Below, one piece after another: positions 1-13,199 of a stretch of DNA of 64,000 nt. The position numbers were made by a program, and so were the translations under genes. Location: the NCBI RefSeq assembly GCF_009914755.1, contig NC_060935.1; one strand, written 5' to 3'. How positions within the stretch are numbered: position 1 is the first letter of the stretch; each line of letters opens with the position of its first letter. Source of the stretch: the human T2T-CHM13v2.0 reference genome, Homo sapiens. A model generated the notes under the pieces. It was not told the origin of the DNA. It was given only the letters and a program-made list of their open reading frames with translations, and did no database searches.

Positions 1-1079
1 TTCAGACAAAGACAAGCCCAGTGGTTGCACAAGCTAAGCAAGCCCAGCTTATTGTCCAGGAATTTAAATAAGTGCATTTTTTAAAGGTATGCTAATTCTG
101 AGTTGGTTTATTAAAATTAATCTTGGAGATGATTTTTCAGCAATCAATGAATTTCTTTAAGACGAGTTATACCGTTGAGATATAATAGTCAGATGCTGTC
201 ACATTCATAGTTAACAAGCTTTCTTCTAAGTATTTTTCATGTGTGTGATCTGTGATCATAAGATTCCTGAGGGCAGAATTACAGTTACTCTTTCAAAGAG
301 GAGTAGCTTCTTATCCTCCAATGTTTTATCAGTGCTGAGTACAGAAAGGACTCTTGTACAAAGTTCAAAACAGAAATAGACGGTCTCACTAACAGGAATA
401 CTTATATGGACTAGAAAAAGGTAACCATGACACCAGAGACCAAGGGCATCTATAATACAATGGGGACCTACCAATTCACATGATTCAGAGGGAAAAGAAA
501 CTGGGCAGGTCTGGCTTGCTTCTCTTGGTACCTCCATGAAATCTGCAGGGCTCTGCAAAGAACAGTTTGAAGACCACGGATATAGCCTACCTTCTAATTT
601 CTCAAAAAGAGAAACTGAGACCAAGAAAGGCAAAATGGCTTCTCCAAAATTATATAACCAACTGTTACTGAGCTGAAATTAGTTTCCTGTTTCCCAAGAC
701 AGTACTTTTCCTCATCCCAGACTCATCTCAATTTCAGAGTTTACTGCAGCCTCCCTCCAGCAACCTTTCCTCTCTATTTCAGGCAACCAGAGCAAGCCAG
801 GTTGGGACTGAGCCACCCAAAGCCATTTGTCAGTGCCAGTCTCCCACTGGGCAATGCTAACCCCAGCATCTGGTCCTGGTTTCTAGCACTTACGCTGTCG
901 TGATTAAAGAGTTGACATATGTAAACAAACCATAACTTAAGCACAACATGGTCAGTGAGTAGAGCCCAAACGTGGATGAGTGCTGACTCATAAGTTAAGA
1001 AGGAGCCAGTTTAGAAATTTCTAGTCTTGTTTTTCTCTTGTGACAGGTATATAAATATTGCAATTGCTACAGACAGCTT

Positions 1080-1938
1080 TTTTTTGTGCTTTACATTGAT
1101 TTTTATTTTATTATTATTTTTTTCTTTCCAATGTTTAGGTTCAGGGGTACATGTGCAGGTTTGTTACATGGGTTTATTGTGTGTTGTGGGGGTTTAGTGT
1201 ACAGGTTGTTTCATCATACATATATATATGTGTGTGTGTATATATATATATATATCCTATAGATATATATATCCTATTTTATACATATATATCCTGTAAG
1301 TCTGTACCTCTAGAGAACCCTAATACAATGTGATATACCACATAAACAGAATTAAAAACAAAAATCACATGATCATCTCAATAGATGCAGAAACAGCATT
1401 TGATAAAATGCAGCATCCCTTTATGATTAAAACTCTCACCAAACTCTCTGGTACCAAGCCTAGTACCCAATAGATAGTTTTTTGATCTTCACCATCCTTC
1501 CACCCTCCACACTCAAGTAGGCCCCATGTCTATTGTTCCCTTTTGTGTGTCCATGTGTATTTAATGTTTAGCTCTCACTTATAAGTGAGAATATGTGGTA
1601 TTAGGTTTTCTGTTCTAGCGTGAGTTTGCTTAGGATAACGGCCTCCAGCTCCTTCCATGTTGCTGCAAAGGACATGATTTCATTCTTTTTTTATGGCTGC
1701 ATACTATTTAATAGTACATATGTATCACATTTTCTTTATCCAGTCCACTGTTGCTGGACATCTAGGTTCATTCTATTTAACCTTTGCTATTGTGAATAGT
1801 GCTACAATGAGCACACATGTGCATGTGGCCTTATGGTAGAACAATTTATATTCCTGTGAGAATATATATAATAATGGGATTGTTGGGTTGAATAAAGTTC
1901 TATTTTAAGTTCTTTGAGAAACCCACAAATTGCTTTCC
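1080..1938 (-). mobile_element. Old primate L1 (L1PA13-16-like) 3' end, interrupted at 1217-1449
   Basis: T-rich tail followed by antisense L1 3'UTR (ggttcaggggtacatgtgcaggtttgttacatggg; ctcacttataagtgagaatatg). TSD acagacagctt at 1069-1079 and 1939-1949. Confidence 0.9.
1217..1449 (+). other. Inserted composite fragment: (TA)n + MLT2 LTR 3' end + L1 ORF2 RT fragment
   Basis: atatcct...ctctagagaaccctaataca resembles the MLT2 terminus. 1328-1445 translates to ...[25 protein letters not shown], the L1 RT IDAEKAFD region. Confidence 0.75.
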
Positions 1939-2384
1939 ACAGACAGCTTCTTGTAATTCTTACGCTCAAATATTTCTTAACCCCATAGCAAGTTTAACAA
2001 AATGTATTCTACCCCATTTTGACTAAGTAGGACTTTTTGAGGGCCAGTAGGCTGGAGTTACTTTCAGATTTGAATCAGGTCTTGATTACTCAGTGGGACA
2101 TGCCAGGGCCAGCATGGTGAGAAAACTCTTTGGGACTCTTTTCAGGTCACCAAAATAATCTTATTTGCTGAGAGTGTACATAATTTTACTGGCTCTCTTC
2201 TTGGGACAGACACCATTTTGTGTGGCCACACTCAGACAATATGTGACACAAGATTGAAAGATCCACAGCAACATCAGCAGCATAATCTGAGAGATGTGCT
2301 GTTTTCCTCTGTTGCTGAAATCTGGTTGCGTTATTTTGTTTGACTAACAAGTTGTATTTCCCACTTTGTGAAACAAGCTAGAGC

Positions 2385-2543
2385 CTCGCCATTCAAATTG
2401 TGGTCAAGTGCATTAGCAGAACCTGGGAATTGGTTAGATAGGTAGACTCCCAAGCTTCATAGAATCAGACTCACTCAATCAGAATCTGCATTTTAACAAG
2501 ATGCCCAGTTGATCTGTAAGCACATTAAATTTGAGAAGCACTG
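2385..2543. mobile_element. MER5-type hAT-Charlie MITE
   Basis: aatcagaatctgcattttaacaagatgccc...tttgagaagcactg terminus. Confidence 0.7.
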
Positions 2544-2736
2544 ATCTAGAGATAAAGACCATGATCCTCTGGCTTCACCATGAGCTCCATCTATAAAATT
2601 TCAGTTAGTGGACCACGTTGGTTTTGGACAGTTAAATAGAGAAGAAAAACAAATCCAAAGCTTCCTTAAAGTGAATTCTCTTTTTGCCCCAGCAGGTTTA
2701 TCACTTTCATCTTTTCCTTTAAGAGCTGTTGGAGAA

Positions 2737-3100
2737 TGATAATGTTTGATGTTGTACCACCATTCAAATCTCATCTTGAATTGTAATCCCATAATCCCCA
2801 TGTGACATGGGAGGGACCCAGTGGGAGGTAATTGAATCATGGAGGTCTTTTCCACCCATGCTGTTCTCATGATAGTGAGTGAGTTCTCATGAGATCTGAT
2901 GGTTTTATAAGGGGCCTCCCCCTTCACCCAGCACTCATTCTCTCTCCTGCTGCCCTGTGAAGAAGTGCCTGGTGCCATGATTGTAAGTTTCCCGAGGCCT
3001 CCCCAGCCATGTGGAACTGTGAATCAATTAAACCTCTTTTCCTTATAAATTGCTTAGTCACAGGCAGTTCTTTATAGCAGCATGAAAATGAACTAATATA
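2737..3100 (+). mobile_element. THE1 (C/D-like) MaLR solo LTR
   Basis: caaatctcatcttgaattgtaatccc...gtgagttctcatgagatctgatggttttataagggg...aactaatata. 5-bp TSD gagaa at 2732-2736 and 3101-3105. Confidence 0.9.
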
Positions 3101-3205
3101 GAGAATAATTTTTTTGAATCACCAATGAGGACTTGAAGGAGGTTATACATCGTGGATTGTTATAGCTGCTAGTATATATGTTGGCTTTAAATTAAGAGTC
3201 ATTTT

Positions 3206-3496
3206 GGCTAGGCACAGTGACTCATGCCTGGAATCCCAGCACTTTGGAAGGCTGAGGCAGATGTATCATATGAGGTCAAGAGTTCTAGACCAGTCTGGCC
3301 AACATCTACTAAAAATACAAAAATTGGCCAGGTGTAGTGGTGCATGCCTGTAGTCCCAGATACTTGGGAGGCTTGAGGCACAAGAATCACTTGAACCCAG
3401 GAGGTGGAGGTTGTAGTAAGCTGAGATGGCACCACTGCACTCCAGCCTGGGTGACAGAGTGAGACTCTGTTTCGGAAAAAAAAAAAAAAAAAAAAA
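3206..3496 (+). mobile_element. AluS
   Basis: Dimeric Alu with A-rich linker and poly(A) tail; small internal deletion. Confidence 0.95.
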
Positions 3497-3689
3497 GGAG
3501 TCTCTCCTTCATTTCTAGACATTCAGTTGGCCACCAAGGCCTTTTGATTTTACCTCCTAAATTGTTTTCTAAACTGAGTACTCCCTTTTGTTCCCACTGC
3601 TGTACTTTAGAGCTCATCCTTTCACCTATAAAGTGGATATTAAAACAGTCTTTCAACTGCATGACAGGCCTCCCTATGTCATGTTCTCC

Positions 3690-4277
3690 TCTCATCTAGT
3701 GTGTCTTCCAATCTGTTGTCAGAATATTCTCAAAGGCAGCTCTGATCATATTGAAGTCCACCAATGGTATCTGATAAAGTCAACACCTACAAGTATGTTA
3801 TGCAAGGTCTTTGGTCATGTTGGTTTTTTCTACCTGCCCAATCCCATTTCTTCTACTTTCCTACTTTTATTCCAACCTCCCAACATACACTCCATGCCTT
3901 CCCCTTTGCCCAGGCAGCCTCTCTGCTGGGATTTCTCCTTTTTCTCTCTCTTCCAGATAAACCTCTTCTTCTAAGATCATGTCATGCTTTTTATGTGACG
4001 CTCTTCTTGACCATGACTCTCTACCACTAAGGTAGAGTTGACCATCCTCAGAGCCTGATAGCACTTCATACTTGCTCTATAAGCAGTGCTTTCACTGAAC
4101 TGAAGTGTTGGTAAATGTGTCTATTGTTGCACTAGTCTAGAAGAACTTAGGGCCGGGAACCATGTCATATCTTTCTTTTTTTTTTTTTTTTTTTGTATCT
4201 TGAGTATCAAGTACCATTGCTAACATATAGTATATTAACTCTCAATAAATATTGATGAATTAAATAACTAAATGAAT
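3690..4277 (+). mobile_element. L2 3' fragment
   Basis: Ends ctcaataaatattgatgaat, typical of the L2 tail; pyrimidine-rich body. Confidence 0.6.
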
Positions 4278-4951
4278 ATAGTCATTGTGCAAAATAGCTA
4301 TCCCATTGTCCCTGGGAACTGTGAAAACTATGCAGCCTCCACAGGTCTAGGAACTATTTTCAAAGGATGAATCTTTCAATTTCTCCAATAATGGATATTA
4401 AGGAATTGGACTGACGTTAACAGTAAAAATTACCTACATGAGCTCTGCCACTACCATAAAGGAAAACAATCCTATCTCAAATCCTGTATCAAACACCAGA
4501 TCACCTGTGACATCTAGTGAAGAGCAGAATTACAGCCTAAGGCACAACCATGTTGTGCCCTACCTTCCAGTGACTTGGACTGTTAAAGTGAACACCAACC
4601 ACTCTGCCAGATGGTCCTAGAACTCTTTCTCTTGGAGCCTGATGTTGTTGTCAAGAGGGGAAAAAGACAAGGGGCCAGATTAGGTGGAGAGAACAGATCT
4701 AAAAATTGGTCTTGGCCTCTGCTCCTCCATATCCCCACAGTGGCGTTCACTGAATCCTCTGATTCAAGCTTAGTTCAGAGGGTCTCCACAAATGATCGGG
4801 GCCTTGATCAGGAAAGAATTCAAGAGCCCCAGCCCAACATTCTTTCTCAGAGGTCAAGCTACACTTGCACCCTACCTCCTACCTCATATTCCCCTTCCCT
4901 GTTCTTGAGGCCCAGAACCTACCTTATACTCCAGTTTCTGTTGATGAAAGC

Positions 4952-5135
4952 AGTAATAATAATAATGTGATTTCACATTAATGCAACCTTACTATTTGCC
5001 AGGTACCATTCTGGGTGCTGTACACGTATTTACAAGTTTAATCACCACAACATATTGCCTTACTAGGCACTGAATTATACACATTTTACAGATGAGGAAG
5101 ACAAAGGCACACAAAAGCTTTGTAAGTTGTCTACT
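4952..5135 (-). mobile_element. MIR
   Basis: cattttacagatgaggaa core (antisense). Confidence 0.65.
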
Positions 5136-6051
5136 TTTTGGTTTCTCCTCATTACGTTGTGCCTAATTACTGCATACTCCATGATGCTGACTGCTGTGGA
5201 CTGTCTTACCCTTTCGATATTATGCCTTGAACACTTGCGGTTAGACCTGCACACCCATGTCCGCTTCCCCCTTTCCCCTGCCACCTCCTGTCCCCTGCCA
5301 CCAACTATTACAGATCTACCTGCTTATCCCAGCCCTGTCCTGAATAGGAAAGGAAAAGATAGACTAAAGCTCATTTATTCTCTACTCTATTAATATGGGT
5401 GCTTAATTAATGCTGATAGAAGAATTAAACTCAGTAATATGAGTAAAAGGCCTAGTGGTGACAGGCATCCATGGTCTATAATATCTGAATTAAGGCTGAG
5501 GAAAGACAAGGCACTATTTGAAAGAATGTGTCATTTTGTAGTATTCTCTTAGACATGCAGATTCCATAAACTCTCCTTATAATAAAACACAGGGCGTCCA
5601 TTAACAAACTGAAGTATCTACATAGAACAAGAAACAAACCGTCACTGCTCCATTACCTGGGAGAGAGAATCCATGGAAACACCAGACTCAGGATTTTATT
5701 TGTCCCTAACGAGCCTTTTCGATGAACTTCACACTCACTTACTCTCACATTTGCATAGTTCAGATAATAACAGCTCTCTATTTCATTCTCAGTGTTGAGG
5801 TCAATGTCAGAAAAAGCTGTTTTAGCAACGATTCCCCTTTGCAGTGAGTTCTGGGATCAGGTAGAACAGACAACTTGAAGTGGGAACTGAAACCATCTAT
5901 TGTGCTGTGCTTGGAGTTCTAAAGCAGATTGCACTTCCAGACACACATATGGTAATTTTAGAGTCCTCTGGAGAACTTTGAGAAACATAGATTAGATTTC
6001 ATTATCCTACTCCATCCCTTTAAATCAGAATTTCCCAAGTGTGACCTGGGT

Positions 6052-6145
6052 ATCTATCTATATATATATTTATGTATGGATATATAGACAGCTATATATA
6101 GAGAGAGCTATATATATATATATATATAGCTAGAATACGTATACT
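6052..6145. repeat. (TA)n-rich microsatellite
   Basis: Direct reading; includes the perfect palindrome agct(at)n agct at about 6106-6131. Confidence 0.9.
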
Positions 6146-7511
6146 GCACATTGTTGTTAATGTAAATAAATTCTTCCAGAATGATAATATAAGGTTGAGT
6201 ATGAAAGAATTACCATCTTGGAAGAGCAAGAACATTAATAGCATATATATTCTACTCCAATAATATCAGGAAATGTAAATGAGATACTAATAAACTAAAC
6301 CAAAAGAATTAGGAACAAGGGAGTGTCCTTAAATACCAAAGAATTCTGATCATGTTGAAATGGGTTCTTCAAAACCTCATAAATGATGACTGCCCCTCAG
6401 AGATACTTAATTTGAAAACAGAGGGGAGAAGTGAATGTTTAGCTGACCCCTACCTTAGAGAAACATGTATTAAAAATTCCTAGCTAATAAGAGATTAGGT
6501 AGAAATTAGGAGAATGAAGATGGGTTTGAGAGAAGATTCCTGGCAGGATTTTTTATTGTAGTTCATTGACTATCTGGTACATTGAAATAGTAATATATAA
6601 TTTGCAAATACTTGATAAACATAATTTGCAGAAGAACAAGTTCTACTATCTACTCTATAAAAATAAGCTGATCTCTGGACTAGAAGTTTCCAAGCCCACG
6701 AAGGTGAATTTTCAGAAGTCACAACATTGGTCAGATTTTCCTCCCATTTCCTGTCAACTTCTGCCCCAATGTTGGTGACAGCGGTTGCCTGAATCGAAGA
6801 CATCATCCAAGACAAAGCTCTTATGTGATGCAATGTGCAGGTCTTACACAAGCAGGACCCACAAGGAACTGCAGGAGCTTTGGGTCCTTTTTAACCAAGA
6901 CAGGTCATTAAAAGAAATGAAAAGATGTCTTCTGGAGGCTTAATTAAGAAAGTTAATTCTAGGCCCCATCATAGCCCCATTAACCTTTCTCTGTTCCTAA
7001 AATATCTTATGTAATGTCAAAAAGAAGCAAGGATGGGAAAAGGAGCAGTGTAATTAAACCTACTTAACCTTAAAATGGAAATGTGTCAAGGGATAGAAGC
7101 AATTGGTATGAAGCTCCTAACCTGTATTTATGACCCCAAAACCCAGAACCCATAAGCCTCATTTTGCTATGCTCTTCTCACATTTTCTTTGCTATGGTGT
7201 TGGACAATTTAGCCTGCTAATTTACTTAGCATGTCTGACCTGAACCATGAGAAGTCAGTTCTGAAAAATGCTGGAAGGGCAGCACTGTCCTGGTACAGGG
7301 AACAAATAAATTGCTGGTTTCTATAAAGATTTCTTGTCGCATGGAATATTTCTCAAGATTTTCAAAGTGATGGTTTTCCCTGACCCAGAAACACCTGAGC
7401 ACCGACTTCCCTCTCCTCGGTCCTGTGAGAATGTGGCCTGGCTGGGGTTGAGTTTGGTTAAGATCCAGGAGAACCTGATGGATGTATTTTCTTCAATAAA
7501 AGCACATTGTT

Positions 7512-7823
<312 letters not shown>

Positions 7824-8231
7824 TTAATGTAGATAAATTCTTCCAGAATGATAACATAAGGTTGAGTATGAAAGGGAGGGGCATAGCAAAAATTTAGCTG
7901 CCTTGTCAACTCCAGCAGAACCTTGTGAAGGGAGTGTGACCAGCAGGTTCCTTCCCTAGTAGGGAACCATCGCAGGGCCAGGGAACCATCTGGTTGCAGT
8001 TGTTTCCGTTCTGCTTAGTCACCTCATTTCCTCCAAGTTCTGTGTCCCAGGCTATATCAGTTAGAAAGAGAGCATTTTCCACCAATCTAAAACTGATCAG
8101 AAATGCTGCAAGTTCCCAAAATTAACATAAGCAATCAAGTCTCTATTAAATATAAGTAAATTATGCACACTTCAGATAATTCATGATGACTCTATGTCCC
8201 CCAGGAGCCTCTCAGTGCAACTTCTTATATT

Positions 8232-8288
8232 GGGGTTGACATAAAATACAGGATATCTTTATTTTTATTTGAAAAATCTGGCAACCCT
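8232..8288. mobile_element. Internally deleted MER53-like hAT relic
   Basis: ggggttg...aaaatacagg...aaatctggcaaccct inverted termini. Confidence 0.45.
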
Positions 8289-9167
8289 ATTTGATATCCA
8301 ATGGGCAATCATCACCCATCACCATAAGACAGAGAGAACTTGGAGCCAGCCCTGGTATCTCATTTTACATATGAGGAAATAGAGACCTGGAGCTTTCTTT
8401 TTGATGGGGGTGGAAGGGCTGCTTGTACTTAAGTCTCACAGCTAGTGAGGGGCAGCATATGGACCAGAAGCCAGCTCGATTTCTACGCATTTTGTTTCCA
8501 CTGCTTATGCTGCTTCTCTAATAAATGCACATTTTTTCAAATTGTTGTCATATTAACTAGGCTTTCCAAAATCTTTCGAAAAACCTGACATTTGTTGAGC
8601 ATAACCCTGTTCAGGCCTCTATGCTAAATGTTGTGCACAAACCAAAAGAAGTAACATGATCTCCCTGACCTTTAGCGCTTTTATAGTTTTATTCAGTTTA
8701 AATGCTAAAGAAAATAAAAATTAAGAAAAGTTTTAATACTGGAAAATGGCCAAAGAATACTTTTTTCAAGCCCAAATATAAAGATATTCTTTTTAATGAA
8801 CTATTTAAAATTAATTAAGCCATTGTCTTCTTCCATCAATGTTAATAATCCATGCTGGCATTCCAGGCAAAGGGTAAAAAATACAGTGAGGCTTTAGCCA
8901 ATTGTTAGATCACTCAGCTCTACAGAATCTGTTGTGGAAGTTTATTCCACTTTCCATTTAACTCCAGCTGGAACATCCCTCATACCTTCAGTCACTATCC
9001 ATCCAGAACCTTCTTTGTACACTTTTTCCAGTAGAAGACATGATATGAAAATTTGACATGTACATAAGTCTTTCACTCACTCATGAAGAGCTGAACAGTA
9101 AAACAGCATTGGCAATATTCAAGGTATACGCAATGGAGGGGGAGCTTCATCTTTTCATTCATTTTTG

Positions 9168-9495
9168 GGCTGGGCCTGGTGGCTCAGCTTGTAATCCCAG
9201 CACTTTGAGAGGCCAAAGCGAGAGGATTACTTGAGGCCAGGAGTTCCAAAGATTAGGAACTCTTGGTTGACCACTAGGTTAGATACCAACCTAGTCAACA
9301 TAGCGAGACTCTGTCTCTACAAAATTTGGAAACAAAAAAATTTAGGCCATGGTGGTGCATACCTGTAGTTTCAACTACTTGAGAGGCTAAAGTGGGAAGA
9401 TCACCTGAGCCCAGGAGTTCAAGGCTACAGTGAGCTATGACCACACCAGGGCACTCTAGCCTTGGCAACGGAGAGATCTTGTTTCAAAAAAGAAA
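9168..9495 (+). mobile_element. AluJ with a ~35-bp internal insertion
   Basis: J-type right arm (cctgagcccaggagttcaaggctacagtgagctatga); extra sequence at 9247-9281. Confidence 0.9.
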
Positions 9496-9768
9496 GATAA
9501 ACTTGTTCCTCTCTAGCCATCTCATGCTACGTGAACTCTATATGTGCTTGTGCCTTTCTTATTTAAAACAATATTTTTTCAGGTCTTTCTCAGGAATAAT
9601 TGATTTTGCACCTGTTTATAAAATATGGTCTTGGACTTTGTAATAATAGGCATCACATACTAATATAAATGAATCCAGTCTAGCTAGGACTTTTACAATG
9701 ATAATATTAATCCACTTGGAAATTCAACTGTTTTTTATGCCTTTAAATAAAAGATTTATATTTTCAGA

Positions 9769-10155
9769 TGATCAGACTGAATGGTGTCCCCCCAACTCCA
9801 GCAATTCATATGTTGAAGTCCTACCCCCAATGTGATTATCTTTGGAGACAGGGCCTTTTAAAAAGGCAATGAAGCTTAAATGAAGTCATAATGGTATGGT
9901 CCTAATCTGATAAAACTGTGTCCTTATAAGAAGGGAAATGACAACAAGGATGTGTGTGGATAGAAGGACAAGCATGTGAGGACACACTAAGATAATGGTT
10001 GCCTGAAAGCCAAGGAGAGAGGTTGCATAGGAATCCAACCCTGCCAGCACCTTGATCATGGACTTGAGCCCCCAGAACTGTGAAAAACTTAATTTCTGTT
10101 ATTTATACCATTCATCTGTGGTACTCTGTTATGGCAACTCTAGCAGGCTAATATA
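9769..10155 (+). mobile_element. MLT1 (B-like) MaLR solo LTR
   Basis: aattcatatgttgaagtccta...tttggagacagggcc...gtccttataagaag...ttatggcaactctagcaggctaata. Confidence 0.85.
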
Positions 10156-10379
10156 ATCAGAGTAACTTTTATAAGCATTAGCCAAATAATTATTAGAGTA
10201 CCACATGAATGTAAGCAAGAATTCTATCTTGTTCACTGCAATATTCACAACATGTAAGACAGTGCCTAGTACATAGTTGGTACTGAGTAAATAGCTAGCA
10301 AAAGATTAATGAATGAATTATCCCCCATAAGCTGTATTATCCATACAATGTAACCACAGTGTGAGATTGGGAAAACTGA

Positions 10380-10545
10380 GCCTTTGGGGTCTGACACACT
10401 GGTTTTATCCTCAGTCCCTTTAGTCCCTGGACCTTGGGGAAGTTTCCTTATCTTTCTGGGCCTTGGTTTCTCATCTATAAATTGGCAATGGTAATGTTTT
10501 CATCATTAGTTATTGCAACGATTAATTGGGGTAATGTGCCTGCAC
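10380..10545 (+). mobile_element. MIR
   Basis: accttggggaagtt...ccttggtttctcatctataaa. Confidence 0.6.
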
Positions 10546-10599
10546 ATATAAAGTGATAGCTGCTATGGTGTTGATGCAAATGGTGGGGAGCTTCATTTT

Positions 10600-11480
10600 T
10601 TCATTCATTTATTCACTCACCAACTATCTATTGAACCCCTTCTATGCACCTAGCATTGTTCCTGACATTGAGGATAAAAAATAGGTAAGAAGACAGTCTG
10701 TTAGCTCATGTGCACTTTACATTCAAGAAGATGGAGTCAAAAATAACAAGAAACAATAAAATAATTTCAGAAGATGGTAATTGTCACAAAGAAAATAAAG
10801 CAGAGTAATGTGATGATGACTGTGGGTGACAGTGTCTGTGTAAGGGAGCAGAGGCAAGAAGTCTCTTTGAGAAGATGACAGGTGAGGCTGAGTCTCAAAT
10901 GAGAAGTCAGTCGGCCTAGAAGGTGTCTGGGGAAGAGCACTCTAGAGAGTATAGCTGGTACACAAGTCCTAAGGGGGGAATGACTTTAGCACATTCAGGG
11001 GGCAGAACGAAGGCCGGTGTGGCTGTAGTGTTGTGAGCAAAGAGGAGAGAGGTACAAGATGAGGTCCAAAATATTAGTTGGAGCCAAATCATGTGAAGAC
11101 TTACAGGCTAGGGCAATGGGTTTGGACTTTTTATAAATGCAATGGGAATAATTGTAGGGTTGAAGGAGGGGAGTGCCATGATGAGATTTATATTAAAAAC
11201 AATGTTCTGCTGCTATGAAGATGGATGGCAGAAAGGCATGAGTGGAAGCAGAAAGCTGGTCAGGAGTCCTGCCTAGTAGCCCAGGAGAGAGAGCATCGGC
11301 TTGGACCAAGGTGGTGTAGAGATGGACAGTGGATGAATTCAGTTGCTATGGCAGCAAGTGGACAGTCCCTTGATCGATTGGATGTGAGGAAAAAAAGAAT
11401 GAGAGGGTCTGGGATGACTTTTGGGGTCTCAGCTTAAGGAACTGGGTGGGATGGTGCCCTCTGTTGTGATCCTTTGTGGG
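10600..11480 (-). mobile_element. L2
   Basis: ttcattcatttattcactcacc tail followed by purine-rich antisense L2 body. Confidence 0.7.
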
Positions 11481-12691
11481 TTGGGGGAGGTAGAGAGAAT
11501 CAACAGAGATGACATTAACCCTAACTTTGTGTCTACCATTGAGTTGATGCAGCAACCTTCTTGGCATAGCCAGCAGAAGCCTGTCCCCTGAGAAAAATCA
11601 CTGGTGATTGATCATCAACATTTCAGATTAGTTATTGACTCATTAATCATTGCTGAGAATCACACTTTAAACGGTTGTGGGAAAAATGATCTGGGTGAAT
11701 CTTAAGTTTTTCACTGGACTCCTATTCTAGGCTTTGGTTTTCTTTGCTACGGAATGAGGTTTTCTTGAGTGTTTATTTTTTAAGACACTTCCCAACTGAG
11801 CCACATCATGTACCCTCACTATAAAAAAGCAAAACCAGAGCAGAAGCATCTCCTAAGAGCTACAAGGATGGGAAAATAGACCCTGGCCAAAACGTGGACA
11901 TTCTGTACCTTGTGCAGAGTTTAGATTTCTTGCTCTCCCTTATTCTGCTCTTGCCACTCTTCCTTTCTCTCTCAGGTATCGTCTTCTTCACTTAGGGCTC
12001 ATATGGCTGCCATTGGCTGGCTTTAATTAGTCTGGGGTACTGAGCATCATTACCATGTTGGTGGTGTTAAATTTCAATATACTCAAATACCATGAGCTGA
12101 AGTCACAGCTCATGACAACTACAGGAAGCTAGCCTTGAACTAAGCTGGGAGATAATTAAAACAGGCAGGAGCAGAGATTGTTCATACAGACCTCTCCTGC
12201 ACTCCGACCCAACCAGCCTCTTTTGGTGTCTTATCTTTCTTCCTTTGTCTTATTCACTTTCTCTCCAGTAAAGGTTATTCTAAAGTGGGCATCTAACAAT
12301 GATGACAATGTTGTGAGCAAGAAAAGAGAGCAAGTAGAAATACGAAATGTTTGTCCTGAGAAGCTGCCTCTGATGGGTTTAAAATCACTGTGGAATAAAA
12401 CCAGAATGAATTGTTCCGAGCAGTACCAAGTGTGCCTTTTAGGCCCAAATACTTCTGTAGTCCTTCTATTGTGTCTACATGAGGGTGAGCAGTTTCTTTT
12501 TCCATTGTACTAAAAAGAAAGAAGACAGACACAAATAGTAGCTAACCCAAAATCAGATAGATAGCTTTGGAATTTACTTAGGCAAAAAGCATTCATCATA
12601 GGCAGTCAGCAGATATGCTATTTGTCACTTAACCCGAAACCCACCCACCCCTAACCCTCACTGTCACTGGGCCCAAAGTAAAGTGTAAAGA

Positions 12692-12990
<299 letters not shown>

Positions 12991-13199
12991 TGATTGGTTA
13001 ACAGAAAGCTTGCCTCTATGCGGTTTGGATACATAATTAGCCTTGTTACAAATTGAGGTAAGACTGGATTCTAGGAGATGCTATCATGGGAGCTATAGAT
13101 ACAAACAAGCAAGTAAATGGCTTAGTATCTAACCCCAGAGAAGAGATATTTGGGAAACAAGCCTGAACTACATGGACTACCCCCACTTCCAGGTTTAAG

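Noticed and set aside
256-633. 125-aa minus-strand ORF
   Set aside because: Non-ATG start and no recognisable homology.
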